Below are positions 1 to 11,706 of a stretch of 64,000 bases of DNA, piece after piece (the first letter of the stretch is position 1; each line of letters opens with the position of its first letter). The DNA comes from Octopus vulgaris. Taxonomy: Eukaryota. Where the stretch lies: the NCBI GenBank assembly GCA_951406725.2, contig OX597830.1, positions 42,036,001 through 42,100,000 on the forward strand. The letters run 5' to 3'. A program made the position numbers and the translations under genes. A model generated the notes under the pieces. That model had not been told where the DNA came from. It saw nothing but the letters and a program-made list of their open reading frames with translations, and ran no database searches.

Positions 1-296
1 GTTGTTTAATAAATGCAGACATATGAGAGAAATGAGAAATTCATGAAAAGAAAAGATGGAAGAATTAAAATAAATATGAATGATCGCAATATAAAATAAT
101 ATACACTATTATTTTATTTAATTTCTTTTCTTTTTTTTTTATTCTCTTTCTGCTAAATTCATCTTCAAAATAATTAAAACTCTATAATAAGTTCAATGAT
201 GTAGTTTCTGAAAATTTTAAAAATTTAATTAAAAACCAAACTAATTATAAGTAATCATAGGTAAAACCATTTTCTTCTCATTTCTTTTTCCCCTGT

Positions 297-645
297 CTTT
301 TATTCTTTTATCATTTACTTGTTTCAGTCATTGGGCTGCGACCATGCTGGGGCACTGCCGTGAAGGATTTTAGTCAAACAAATCGACCCTAGAGCTTATT
401 TTCAATTTTAAAGCATGGAACTTATTCTATTGATCTCTTTTGCTGAACTGCTAAGTTGCAAATACTTGTTGCCAAGCAATGTAGTTAGGGACAAACACAA
501 AGACACACACATACACACACCGACACATGATGGGCTTCCACACAGTTTCCATCTTGCAGATTCACTCAAAAAGAATTGGTCAATGTGGGGCTGAATCTGA
601 AACCATGTGGTTGTAAAGCAAGCATCTTAACCATTCAACCATGCA
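297..645 (-). mobile_element. tRNA-derived SINE, family A (CORE-like), decayed
   Basis: Reverse complement of the family seen at 39357-39798: tail CTGAAACAAGTAAA, central (CA)n, head remnant. Confidence 0.8.
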
Positions 646-764
646 TGCAACGTCCTACAGGCAAAACACCCACACAGACAAAGAAAGAGAATGGCTTGTC
701 ACACACACAAGAAGTTTGCTTTCCAACCATGTGGTGAGAGAGATGCCATTAACAGTAATTGAGG

Positions 765-1055
765 GTATGGTTGGGTGGTTAAGAAGCTCACTTTGCAACT
801 ATGTGGTCTTATTTCCTTCAAGTCCCACTGTATGCCATTTTGGGCAAGTTTCTTCTTCAATAGCCTCAGGCTGATCAAAGATTTGTGAATGGATTTCGCA
901 GATGGAAACTAAAGAAGCCTGTTGTATGTTTGCATTCATATGTGTGTGTGTGTGTGTGTTTGTCTGTAGACCTTTGTCTAGACATTCTGGAATGGTTGTA
1001 AATGAGCATCATTATCATAAAAGCGAGGTTGTTTGCAGTCTTCCATGTAAAACAC
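765..1055 (+). mobile_element. SINE family A 5' half joined to a different 3' module
   Basis: GGTGGTTAAGAAGCT...TTGGGCAAGTTTCTTC...GATGGAAACTAAAGAAGCC, then (TG)n, then a tail also seen reversed near 46330-46420. Confidence 0.65.
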
Positions 1056-1554
1056 CTCTGACCATCCTGTCATTTGTTTCCTTTCAAATATGTCCTTCAC
1101 TTTATAAAAGTTGGTAGGTTATGATTCAAAGAACATTTAGTCCTCATATTGATTTCTTAGCAATTGGTTGTTGTTTAACCCTAGGTTAACCTTCACAGGT
1201 CAAAAGCATTCCACCATTATGAGGATAGTCTTGTATTTTTCAATAAATCTAGAACTATACATCATCTAACCTATCCTTTGTTGTTTGGATTAGTGAGGTT
1301 TGATTTGGGAGAGATTTGGTTGCTATAAGTGACAGGTGAAGCTAGAAATAGCAGCCAAACAGACTTCTCAGTGGTTTGTGATAAATCCTGCCAAAAATAT
1401 AGGGTGGTTTCTTAGAAAACTAATTCTGTCTATGAATTTGTAGTTTCAATTCTTAATCTGAGCTGATGTACGTCCCTTCCAATTCACTTTATGACACTAT
1501 AATCATACTGAGAAAGGCATGCCCACCACTGCAGCATAATCCTCCACGTCTCAC

Positions 1555-1697
1555 CTTGTTTTCATCCTTGAAAACTCTCAGATTTCCTGACTGTGTTAAA
1601 AACAATTTATGGTTAGTATTTTCTGTGGAATGTGAGCATCCCGACCAGATTCCAGAGTTCAACTATGGTGAGTCAACCAAAGAACCTTCCATGTTGC
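1555..1697 (-). other. candidate spliced exon (no open frame; possibly 5' UTR with uORF)
   Basis: Non-repetitive sequence with pyrimidine-rich acceptor TTTCCTATTGTGCAG| and donor AAG|GTGAGA. All three frames contain stops. An overlapping + strand candidate (1582-1667, ATG|GTGAGT) is equally possible. Confidence 0.25.
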
Positions 1698-2102
1698 CTG
1701 CACAATAGGAAATAATGGAATATATAGCTTCCATGTCTTTTTTTTTTCTTTTCTTTACTCTGTTTGTTTGATTGATTGCAAAAAGTAGCAGTCAAAAAAA
1801 AAAAAAAAAAGAAAGAAAGAAAAAGAGAGAGGGAGAGATAGAAAAAAGCCATCACAAAGCCCTGCTATATATTATTCCATTTGTCATCTCAATAGTAGCT
1901 ACTTCAGCAATTACATGGAGATATCTTCAGCTAAAAATCTGATATTATTTCTTACAGAGACAGGCAGACGTTTTCAGATTTATAAGGAAGTAATATGAAG
2001 GTTGAGTGATGCTCATACCTAGTCCTATGGTCACCAAAACAATGTTAAGCGAAAGGATGAAGAGGGTTTATTTATTAATATTACTATGATATTATTATTA
2101 TT

Positions 2103-2134
<32 letters not shown>

Positions 2135-2136
<2 letters not shown>

Positions 2137-2495
2137 CTTTCAAATTTTGGCACAAGGCCAGCAATTTTGGGAGAGGGAATAAGCCGACTGCATCAACCCC
2201 AGTGCTCAACTGATGCCTATTTCATCAATACCGAAAAGATGAAAGTAAAGCCAACCTTGGTGGAATCTGAACTCACAATGAGAAAAGAAGTGAAATGCTA
2301 CTAGGCATTTTGCTTCGTATACTAACGTTTCCGCCAGTGTGCCGTCTTAATAATAATAATAATAATAATAATAATCCTTTCTATTATAGGCACAAGACCT
2401 GAAATTTTGGTGGGAGGAGGCAAGTTGATTACATCGACCCCAGTGCACATAACTGGTAATTATTTTATCGACCCCAAAAGAATGAAAGGCAAAGA
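2135..2495 (-). mobile_element. two tandem SINE family B copies separated by (AAT)n
   Basis: + strand signature GGCACAAGGCC...GACCCCAGT...GAAAGGATGAAAGGCAAAG...GAACTCA, repeated across the window. Confidence 0.8.
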
Positions 2496-2540
2496 CGGAG
2501 TGGTAATAATTCTGCCAGCTCAACACCATAATAATAATAA

Positions 2541-3103
2541 TAAAAACTGCCCTGATGCAGTACCAGACAGTGGCTCTCACGGCTTCTGATCTTAATTGAT
2601 TGGAAGTGTTATCATGTACATTGTTTTGTCTTGGTATAAAAGATGGGCTTCAGCAAATACTCTGCTCAATACCACAGATTTGCTCGTCAGTTGTTTGATG
2701 TTAACCAGTTGAGAATATCCCTTGGTGGCTGATGATATGTGCATCTCTGATCATGAGCAGAATTAGTGGGGGAGTATCATAGCCATGTGTTGAGAGGGAT
2801 TCTTTGGTGGTTTGAATAAATCAGCTCTGGAAACATAGGTATTTTGTTCAACATCCTTTAACAACCCTTGCTCAGGGACCTTTTGAGCGGGATGGGATAC
2901 CTGACCTGATGAAAATTCTAACTGGGCCCCACTTGCAAGGTCATGTGCTGTTTATCTTGATGTGAGATCACCATGTCACACACATATGGTTGTGATGCAT
3001 GTGCCTAGTGTACCCTTATCAGACAGGTAGTCATGATGGGTATACTGGGCTTTGTATATTTTATCCCAGTGTCACTTTGATGGCATGCACTGCTCTCTCA
3101 CTC
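2541..3103. repeat. unclassified interspersed repeat flanked by (AAT)n
   Basis: (AAT)n on both sides. A second partial copy lies at 3719-3826 (GATCACCATGT...TACCCTTATCAGA...CCAGTGTC). I found no convincing ORF. Confidence 0.6.
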
Positions 3104-3122
3104 AATAATAATAATAACAATG

Positions 3123-3163
<41 letters not shown>

Positions 3164-3675
3164 CATGGCTGTATCTGGGATATTAGTTGAGTATGTAGAT
3201 TCAAAGTAGCAGAAAAATGGTAAGAATGCAAACGAGAGGCTGTGATAGAAGATAAGAATTACAGAATTTTATGGGATGCCATACTGCAGAAACACAACTA
3301 GATATGATGATAGAAGACAAAAAACCCCCCCAAAAAACAGTGTAAGATCTTAGACTTTGCAAGTACCATATAATAGAGTATATACCAAAGACATTGAGGG
3401 GTTGGGAAGAGAGAAATATCAGGAACTAGCCAAAGAGATGAAGAGATTGTGGAAGATTAGGATGACAATTATTCTTGTAATAATTGGCGCACTTGGCACA
3501 ACACCCAAAATGTTATGTAAGAAGCTGAAAGATATTAGATTTGAGACTTGCATTGTTAATTTACAGAAAAGTGCAACCCTCTATTCTGTAAGGTTCTTAA
3601 GACAGATTCTAGAGCTTTGAGGAGACCTGTTGTCACCAAACCTCAAGATAGTATGCCTGCCAACTAAAATAATAT
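3164..3675 (+). mobile_element. 5'-truncated R4/Dong-like non-LTR retrotransposon (restriction-like endonuclease C-terminus)
   Basis: Decayed translation IWDIS*...AEKW*ECKREAVIEDKNYRILWD, then ORF 3357-3620 with KYQELAKEMKRLWK...VIIGALGT...LQKSA...LRQIL. These match the C-terminal pattern of RLE-class R4/Dong ORFs. It begins directly after an (AAT)n tract. Confidence 0.8.
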
Positions 3676-4117
3676 GCAACAGTTCTACCACCACCACCAA
3701 CAACAACAGCAACGCGTGGATCACCATGTTGCGCACATTTGGTTGTGATGCATGTGCCTGGTGTACCCTTATCAGATAGGTAGTCATGATGGGTATATTG
3801 GGCTTCGTATATTTTACCCAGTGTCCAATGATGATAATAATAATAATAATAATAATATTTTCTAACTTTGAAACAAATTACAAATAGTGTGATGATGGAA
3901 TAATGGTCAATGGAATTAACTGTAATACACTATTGGTACTTATTTTTCTTGACCCTAGAGGAATGCAAAATATAAAGGATACCAATGGGACTTGAAACTC
4001 AGATCAAACAAAAGGGACATAAAAAAATTGTAATAACTCTTTCTAATTTAGGCACAAGTGTGCCTGACATATTGAGGGGAGGGACCTTAGTCAATTAAAT
4101 CAATCGAAATAATGATG

Positions 4118-4290
4118 ATCATGATCATCAAAATCATTTAACAGTTGTTTTCCATGCTGGCATGGGTTGGATTGTTTGACAGGAGCTGGTAAGGCTGGGT
4201 GGGAGGAGAGGTCACACCAAGTTCCATTGTCTGTTCTAGCATGGTTTCTACAACTGGATGCCTTTCCTAATACCAACCACTTTACGAAGT
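4118..4290 (-). mobile_element. SINE family D 3' part (RTE-like tail, (CAT)n end)
   Basis: TTTCCATGCTGGCATGGGTTGGA...TTTCTACAACTGGATGCCTTTCCTAATACCAACC, shared with many copies. Confidence 0.75.
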
Positions 4291-4575
4291 GCATTTACAT
4301 GAAACCATCACCAGTGCTTCTTACGTGACACCATCACCAGTGCTTCTTTTGTGGCACCATAACCATTGCTTTTTATGTAACACCATAACCATTGCATTTT
4401 ATGTGACACCATCATCAGTGCTTCTTATGTGACACCATAACCAGTGCTTTTTATGACACCATAATCAGTGCTTCTTATGTGACACCATAACCAGTGCTTC
4501 TTATGTGACACCAGCACTAGTGTTTTTGATGTGACACCAGCATCAGTGTATTTCACGTGGCACCATCACCAGTAA
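4291..4575. repeat. minisatellite, ~26-bp unit, ~11 copies
   Basis: Unit approximately TGTGACACCATAACCAGTGCTTCTTA in direct tandem. Confidence 0.9.
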
Positions 4576-5499
4576 AAGCAATTAGTCCAGTGCCTTCATC
4601 ATTCCTGAAAAACTCTGCTCATATCTTGCTGCCATTACCACCACCACCACCACCATAACGACATCCACCACCTAACAACAAAGTTACTGCTAACATTATA
4701 AACAAATACAAAAGAATCTTTTAACATGAAAGATCCTGGAATGATTTGAAAAGACGAAAAAAAAAATTAATAAAAATAAACAAGGAAAAGTATAAAGAAA
4801 TAAAAAGAAAGGGAAAAACGAAAAAAGAGAAAAGGTTATGTTGTAATGAAGATCTGAAGGAATGAAATGGAAAAAAAAAACCCGAAGAATTTAGATTCCA
4901 GCTCACCTTTTATTCATATTGAAATAGATATATCAGTGGATATCAGACAAAAGATTGAACAGTAAGTATTGTCTTGTGTATCAGAGTCTTTTTTCCATCT
5001 CACTTTCCTTCCTTCTGGCCAGTTTACATTGATTACATTTTACTTAGGTTGATGATGGCAACATTACTACTGTTAACAAAAAGCTCTCACCATCCTCACA
5101 CACACACACACACACACACACCTACCATTACCCACAAGCATATTTACACACACAAAGGAATATAGATATATGTGCATATATTTACATAATATACAGGTAA
5201 AGTACATATCCATATGTGCACATATTTATATGCCATACATGTATATATAAATATAAATGCATACATACATACATATATATATGTATGTATATATACATAC
5301 ACACACACAAAAGCACAGATGTGTTTGTATTTGCAACCATACACACTCCATATACCGACTTATTTAGACACAAATACACACACACACACATAGACATTAA
5401 AACTTACACAATATCTATTTCTGTTGATTTACCAATCAGTTTTGCACATGAGGGTTAGTAAAAAGCCCAATCATGGCACTTGTCAGAAAAGGCTCTTAT

Positions 5500-5740
5500 G
5501 AAGAGTACACGCACACACATGCACAAATAATACATACACATACACGTATTTGTGCTTGTTCCCCCACGACTACTTGACAACTGATATTGGTTTGTTGACA
5601 TCCCTCTAACTTAGCATCAAAAAAATAATTACCAGGCTCTATAAATGAAAATAAGCACCAGAGTTGATTCATTAGACTAAAACCCTCCAAAGAGGTGCTC
5701 CAGCATGGTGACAGTCCAATGATTGAAGCAAGTAAAAGGT
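5500..5740 (+). mobile_element. SINE family A 3' half
   Basis: CTTGACAACTGATATTGGTTTG...GGTGCTCCAGCATGG...GAAGCAAGTAAAAG. Confidence 0.7.
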
Positions 5741-5882
5741 AACACACACACACACACACACACAGTCTTCTTGTGAGCCCTCCTGATGAGTGGTGTAATT
5801 AAGTTTCCCCTAATTTTCAAGTGCCAAACTGATTAATAAAATCACCTGTAATAAATCTATAAATACTGACTTGGATAAATAT

Positions 5883-6100
5883 TCTTTTCAACTCTAGGCG
5901 CAAGGCCTGAAATTTTTTTGGCAGGAGGGGGCCAGTCAATTAGATCAACCCCAGTGTTTCACTGGTACTTTATTTATCAACCCCGAAAGGATAAAAGGCA
6001 AAGTAAACCTCGGCAGAATTTGAACTCAGAACATAAAGACAGATGAAATACTGAGAAGCATTTTGCCCCGTGTGCTAATGTTTCTGTCAGTTCGCAGCCC
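5883..6100 (-). mobile_element. SINE family B, near full length
   Basis: CTAGGCGCAAGGCCTGAAA...CCCCGAAAGGATAAAAGGCAAAG...AGAATTTGAACTCAGAAC...GCTAATGTTTCTGTCAGTTCGC. Confidence 0.85.
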
Positions 6101-6184
6101 TGACTTGTATTAATATTAATGTGCCCACACTATTGACAAATACCTATTATTTTCAGACTCATGGATTCTTTGACAGTTACATAT

Positions 6185-6920
6185 AGTAAGGGCATCCAGC
6201 TGTAGAAACCATGCCAAACAAATACTAGTGCACTATGCAGTTCTTGGGTCCATGGGTCTTGTCAAACCAACCAGCCCATGCCCGCAGAGTGTACATGTAC
6301 TTTAAATGATGCTGCTGATATGCATCCAAACACACAAGTGTATTCACATATTTATAATAATACATGCATTTATACTTTTACTCATGTAATGAGTACTTTC
6401 TATGTGACATCAGTACCAGTGGGGTCACCAAGTAACTTGTCTTGCAGGTTACTTAGTGAACTTGCTGCTGCTACATAAAACGCACCAAATATACTCTTAG
6501 AAGTGGTTGGCATTAGGAAGGGCACCCAGCTGTAGAAACCATACGAGAACACACAATTGGAGCATGGTGCAGTCCCCTGGCTTGCCGGCTCTTGTCAAAC
6601 TGTCCAACTCATGCCAGCATAGAAAGCAGACGTTAAATAATGATGAATCACGAAGAAGTGACAAACTAAAGCTTTGTGAGTGGATTTGGTAGACAGAAAC
6701 TGAAAGAAGCCTGTTGTATATACACTGTGTGTCCGTGTCCAGCATCGCTTGACAACCGGTGTTGGTGTGTTTACATCCCTGTAACTTAGCAATTTAGCAA
6801 AAGTAACCAACAGAATAAGAACTAGGCTTACAAAGAATAAGTTGTTGGGATTGATTTACTCGACTAACGGCAGTGCTCCAGTATGGCCTCTGTCAGATAA
6901 CTGAATAAAGTAAAAGAATA
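6185..6920 (+). mobile_element. cluster: two family D 3' parts followed by family A 3' two-thirds
   Basis: AAGGGCA(T/C)CCAGCTGTAGAAACC at 6188 and 6518. GTGAGTGGATTTGGTAGACAGAAACTGAAAGAAGCC...GTGCTCCAGTATGGCC from about 6670. Confidence 0.8.
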
Positions 6921-7676
6921 AATGAAGGCTCCTAATTCCAGCTCTCAGAGTTATGTTTCTGACCATTGCCAGCTGGCAATCCAAGACGGTTTTGCCACTG
7001 AAATATCTGTTGTTGTTTTCAATATAATTCGAAATATTTTTATGAAAGTTATGAAGGAAAAAGCTTATCTTATGCATGCACACACATACATTTCTAATGA
7101 AAATTTTTTTGTGCGCCTTTCTCTTACATCCATGTCACACACACACACACACACACACACATGCACGTTCATATAGACAAATTGTAAGAGTATGAGAAAG
7201 ACAAATGAAGAGACAAAGGAAGAGGGGGGGAGGAGGAGGAGGAATAAAACCAAAAAAAAAATGCACACACACACAAACATATCCATACATACACACCATA
7301 AACCCAAACCAATAAAAAGCAGCTCAGTAATACAGAGGTCAGTAATATTGATTGTAGTATTATAAAAATCTAGCTGTTAAAACCAACATCAGTGACAGAG
7401 TGAGTCACAAGGAGAAAGGGAGAGGAGGGGGGAGGGAAGGAGGGAAGGCATAAAAAGAAGACAAATGATGGCGGGGTGAGTTGGGGGCGGGGCGGCGTTG
7501 GTGGTGGTGGTGGTGGAGGTTAAGTAGATATATTTGTGTGTGTGTGTATGTGTGTGTGTGTGTGTGTGTGCATGCGTGATTGCCTATGTGAATTGGATTT
7601 GAAAATGAAAGCAATAAGGTAGGTTACTATAGCTGCAGAGTTGAATCAAAATGCCTTCTAATGTTTAGGAGATAAT

Positions 7677-7753
7677 ATGTGTGTGTGTGTGTGTGTGTGT
7701 GTATGCATGCATGTATGTGTGTTTGTGTGTGTATGTATATATATATATATATA

Positions 7754-7807
<54 letters not shown>

Positions 7808-7836
7808 TATATGTGTATATATATATATATATATAT
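7677..7836. repeat. compound (TG)n/(TA)n microsatellite
   Basis: Directly visible. Confidence 0.95.
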
Positions 7837-8090
7837 AATATTAAGTAGGAGTGCAATTCCTGTTTAGCCACAGGTCAAACCTGAACCAAGGAACCTAACA
7901 TCAATCAAAGGCATTCTTACTATGACCATCTCACTAATCCTTTTTTTCTTCCATGTAGTGTCACTATGACTACATTATTTAATATTCTCCTTTTGTTGTT
8001 TTTTTTTGTTTCTTTTTTAAAGTCAATAAGGAGAATGAATGGCAAAAAGTCAGTGGAGGATTGACTGCTATTTCTAGCAGCACAACATGA

Positions 8091-8310
8091 CACCCTTCAG
8101 CATTTAAACCAGCCACATCAGGTCAAAATGTTCTACCTGTTTTATGTTCAAATCAGCTAGATCTGGCTTCTCACATCTAACCGACAATGTCGTTATAATT
8201 AATAAAGGACCACATCAATGAAATCATGAAGCTGTGACAATGCAAGATTAATTAAAAACAATGTGAAAGAAAAAGACATTTGAGAGAATAACCTGAAAAC
8301 TGAAAGATTA
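8091..8310 (-). mobile_element. TTAA-type MITE family H, decayed
   Basis: Reverse complement of the copies at 11491 and 53062. Confidence 0.7.
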
Positions 8311-8827
8311 ATTCGTGCTTCTCCTTTAAAGCCAAGTTCAAATCCTGTTGAGATTGGCTTTGCTATTGATCCCTATGGCACTGACTGATTGATTAATGAT
8401 TACTGTACCAGTCTTGTACTGTGGCTACAGAGTGGAATGAGAGGGTTTCCAGGCAACCACTCTCTGTCACTCCATGCCCCAGTTTTCTCTCAGCTCTCAT
8501 CCTCTTTGGAATCCATTTTGTGATTTTGATTAATTAGAAACGTCAAATCATCACAAATTGGCGCCAGAGATGGCAGCTGAATATCACAACATAAATGGCT
8601 GGCATACATCATTCCACTGTTTCCCCTCTACATTCTAAATTCAAAATATTGTCAGAGGAAACATTTCCATCTTCTTTTTTTTTTTTAAGGTTGACGTTAG
8701 AGATTACAGGTATCCATACCTGCAATTTAGAATTGTTGCATTTCTGAAATTCTTACCACAATATGAAGAAATCTTTTCAACATTAAAGGATTTTTTTTTT
8801 TTCAAGAATCCGATTCCCCTTTAATGC

Positions 8828-9405
8828 ACATCATCATCATCACCACCACCATCCTTTAATGTCCATTGTCCATGCTGGCATGGGTTGGATGGCTTGACTG
8901 GGCTGGCACACTGGAAGGCTGCACCAGACTCCAATCTGATTTGGCATGGATACCATTCCTAATGCCAAACAATCTGAGAGTGTAATGGGTGCTTTTACAT
9001 GCCACCGGCAAAGGGGCCTTTTGCATGACACCTTAGGTGCATTTACATGCCACCAGCATGGGTACCTATTTGCATGACACCGGTATCTGCCACAACTGCG
9101 ATTTTGCTCAAGCAAGGCTGAGAAGTTAAGAAGCTTACTTTGCAGCCATGTGGTTTAGCATTCAGCCCCACTGTGCAGAACCTCGAGCGAGTGTCTTGTC
9201 CAAGGGGCTGCAAGAAGACCAATACCCTGTGAGTGAATTTGGTAGATGGAAACTGTGTGGAAACCCATTGTATTTGTATATGTGCATATGTGTGTGTGTA
9301 TGTATGCCATTGTGTGTCCTCTACACACACACACACACCTACTCACCACTTCCCAACTGGTGTTTGTTTATGTCCCTGTAACTCAGCAGCTAGGCAAAAG
9401 AGACC
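8828..9405. mobile_element. SINE family D (-, 8828-9110) adjacent to SINE family A (+, 9115-9405)
   Basis: CATGCTGGCATGGGTTGGA...TTCCTAATGCCAA, then AAGAAGCTTACTTTGC...GGTAGATGGAAACTG...GGCAAAAGAGACC. Confidence 0.75.
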
Positions 9406-11490
9406 AAGGTGTTTTTGTTCAATGTTCTAATACTGAGGTGATATATTAGCAGTTATCAGAGTGTTGAATAGAATATCTTGCAGTATTTATCGGTCAACTT
9501 AAAAATAAAGTAAGTACTGGGGAAGGGAGGGGGGGCTGATTTGTTCAACCAAACTGTTCAAGCTGGTGCCCCTGTATGGCTACTGTCTAAAAAGTAAAAG
9601 ACAAGCACTTATTTGAGACAGAAATAATAATAATAATAATGATAATAATAATAATAATAATAATAATAATCAGGAAGAATCTTGAACCACACGTCTTTTG
9701 CTTATTGAGCAGCTGCATTACAGAGAAGAGAAGCCTTTGCCATTCCATCACAAATTAGGTGCTAAAAATCTATTTTTCTGCTATTTTTAACTGAACTTAT
9801 TTTTATCTCTGCAAAATAATTATCCCATGATGAAGATAAAATAGTACAGTTAAAATGGAGGGCTGAGCGGAGGGGGGAATAAATAAATAAATAAATAAAT
9901 AAAAGAAGAAAATTATTGTATCTAATTTGAAGAGACAGAAATTGGTAGATGCTGCATAATGTAAAATGGTAATACATTCACTGAGTGAGTGAAAGATAGA
10001 TGAATGGAGGCTCATCGGGCAGTAGGACTTTGCTGCACTTTCGCATCTCAAAATTGTCTAACAGCACCCATAAACTATAATGTTATTCTGCTTGTCACAA
10101 CATGTGTGCGAATGTTATGCTTAATTTATGGAAGGAAATCAAAGACACAATCGAAAGTCCTCGATATGTTGTTTTTGTTGTCATTGTTGTTGCCATCATT
10201 GTCGTTTTAACATCTATTCCCATGCTTGCATGGGTCAAATGAGCCAGCACTGAGACAGGGTAATTTTGACTGGATGCTCTTCCTGATGCTAACCTTCACC
10301 ACTTTCCAAGCATGGTAGTAATTGCCTGCTTTATCAAACAATGAACAAACTGGAAACAAATCACACCATTTCTAGGAAAGGTGAGGATTTTGCTTACAAA
10401 TTGTTTCTTTACAAAAATGTCAAGGCTTCTTACTTCTTGACACAGTAAAACATAAGATGCTTGGGTATGCTTTTGTGGTGGACCGCAATGAAACAACAAT
10501 GCATGAACAGTAGGGCATCTGTTTACAATCAGCAAATCACACACACATGCACTATGGGTGTCTTAATTTTCTGTCTACCAATTTCTCTGAGAGGTCAACA
10601 TGCCGCTAATAAAAGAAGACACCAGGCAACAAAGTCCACACAAAGGGATTGAACTCCTAACCACATAGTTCCAAAGCAAATTCCTTAAACACACAGTCAA
10701 ATTAACCTAGATAAAATGGGACATAACAAAATTTCTGTTCAATGTTCTAATTCTGATGTGGTAAAGTGGCAATTGCTGGAGCTTTGAATAGAATGCCTTG
10801 CAATATATATCAGGAACTGCTGTGCTCCGAGTTCAATTCTCATGAAGGTCAATTTTACTTTCAGTCTTTTACAACAGATAAACTGATTGGTCAAGTATTG
10901 GCATCAATTTTTCATTTCTTATCTATCTCTTGCTTGCACTCTGTCTCTCTCTTTCTCTTTGAATCTGCTGTGAGCTAGCAGTGGTGCCACTGTAACTTAT
11001 TTATACTCAAAAACGTACTTGTATCAAACCAAACCTTTGGTAGAATCCTGAAAGAATCTGTGGAAGCAACCTACAAAGGGCCAGGTAACAACTATGTTTT
11101 GATTCTCGCTGGTCACCGTTCACATGGAGATAAATCATCATGTGATTGGTTAACAGATATCAGCATTCATCTCTAGATAATTTGTTTGCTGATTCCTATA
11201 AACAAAGGCCAAAAAACTTTTGTTAGGTTCATTGATCTGAGGTGACTAACTGAGAGGACATTTAAAATCGAAACACTGGTGTTCCAAAGTCCCTTTATAA
11301 AGCAAGTGCTATTATGAACATATACTCATTTAAAAGGAGAAGTTTATATCATAGAACCAGTTGGTACCAAAAGGGTTAAACAGTTATAAGATGTGAAGCA
11401 GGAAGGGAGGTTTTGACAGCGAATTGTTTCACAAAATATTGAGACAGCTTCAACGGAGATTAAAATTTGATTGTGGTTTGACATTCACTT

Positions 11491-11706
11491 TTAAGCCTTT
11501 TGCATTCAGATTTTTGTCAAATGTAATTCTTATTTATACATCTTGTTTTGAATTAACCATGCATTATCTCATAGCTTCAAGGTTTCAATGATGTGATTAT
11601 TTATTTATAGAATGACATTATAGGGTAGGTGTGAGAGACAAGATCTGGCCTGTTTTAATATAAAACAGGTGCAATGTTTGGGCCTGTTTAAATGCTAAAA
11701 GTTTAA
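11491..11706 (+). mobile_element. TTAA-flanked MITE family H (piggyBac-type)
   Basis: TTAA-GCCTTTTGCATT...AATGCTAAAAGT-TTAA with imperfect TIRs. Further copies at about 8091, 13000, 15336, 53062 and 57057. Confidence 0.75.

Noticed and set aside
4291-4575. CRISPR-like periodicity
   Set aside because: The units are contiguous with no unique spacers, there are no cas genes, and the context is eukaryotic.
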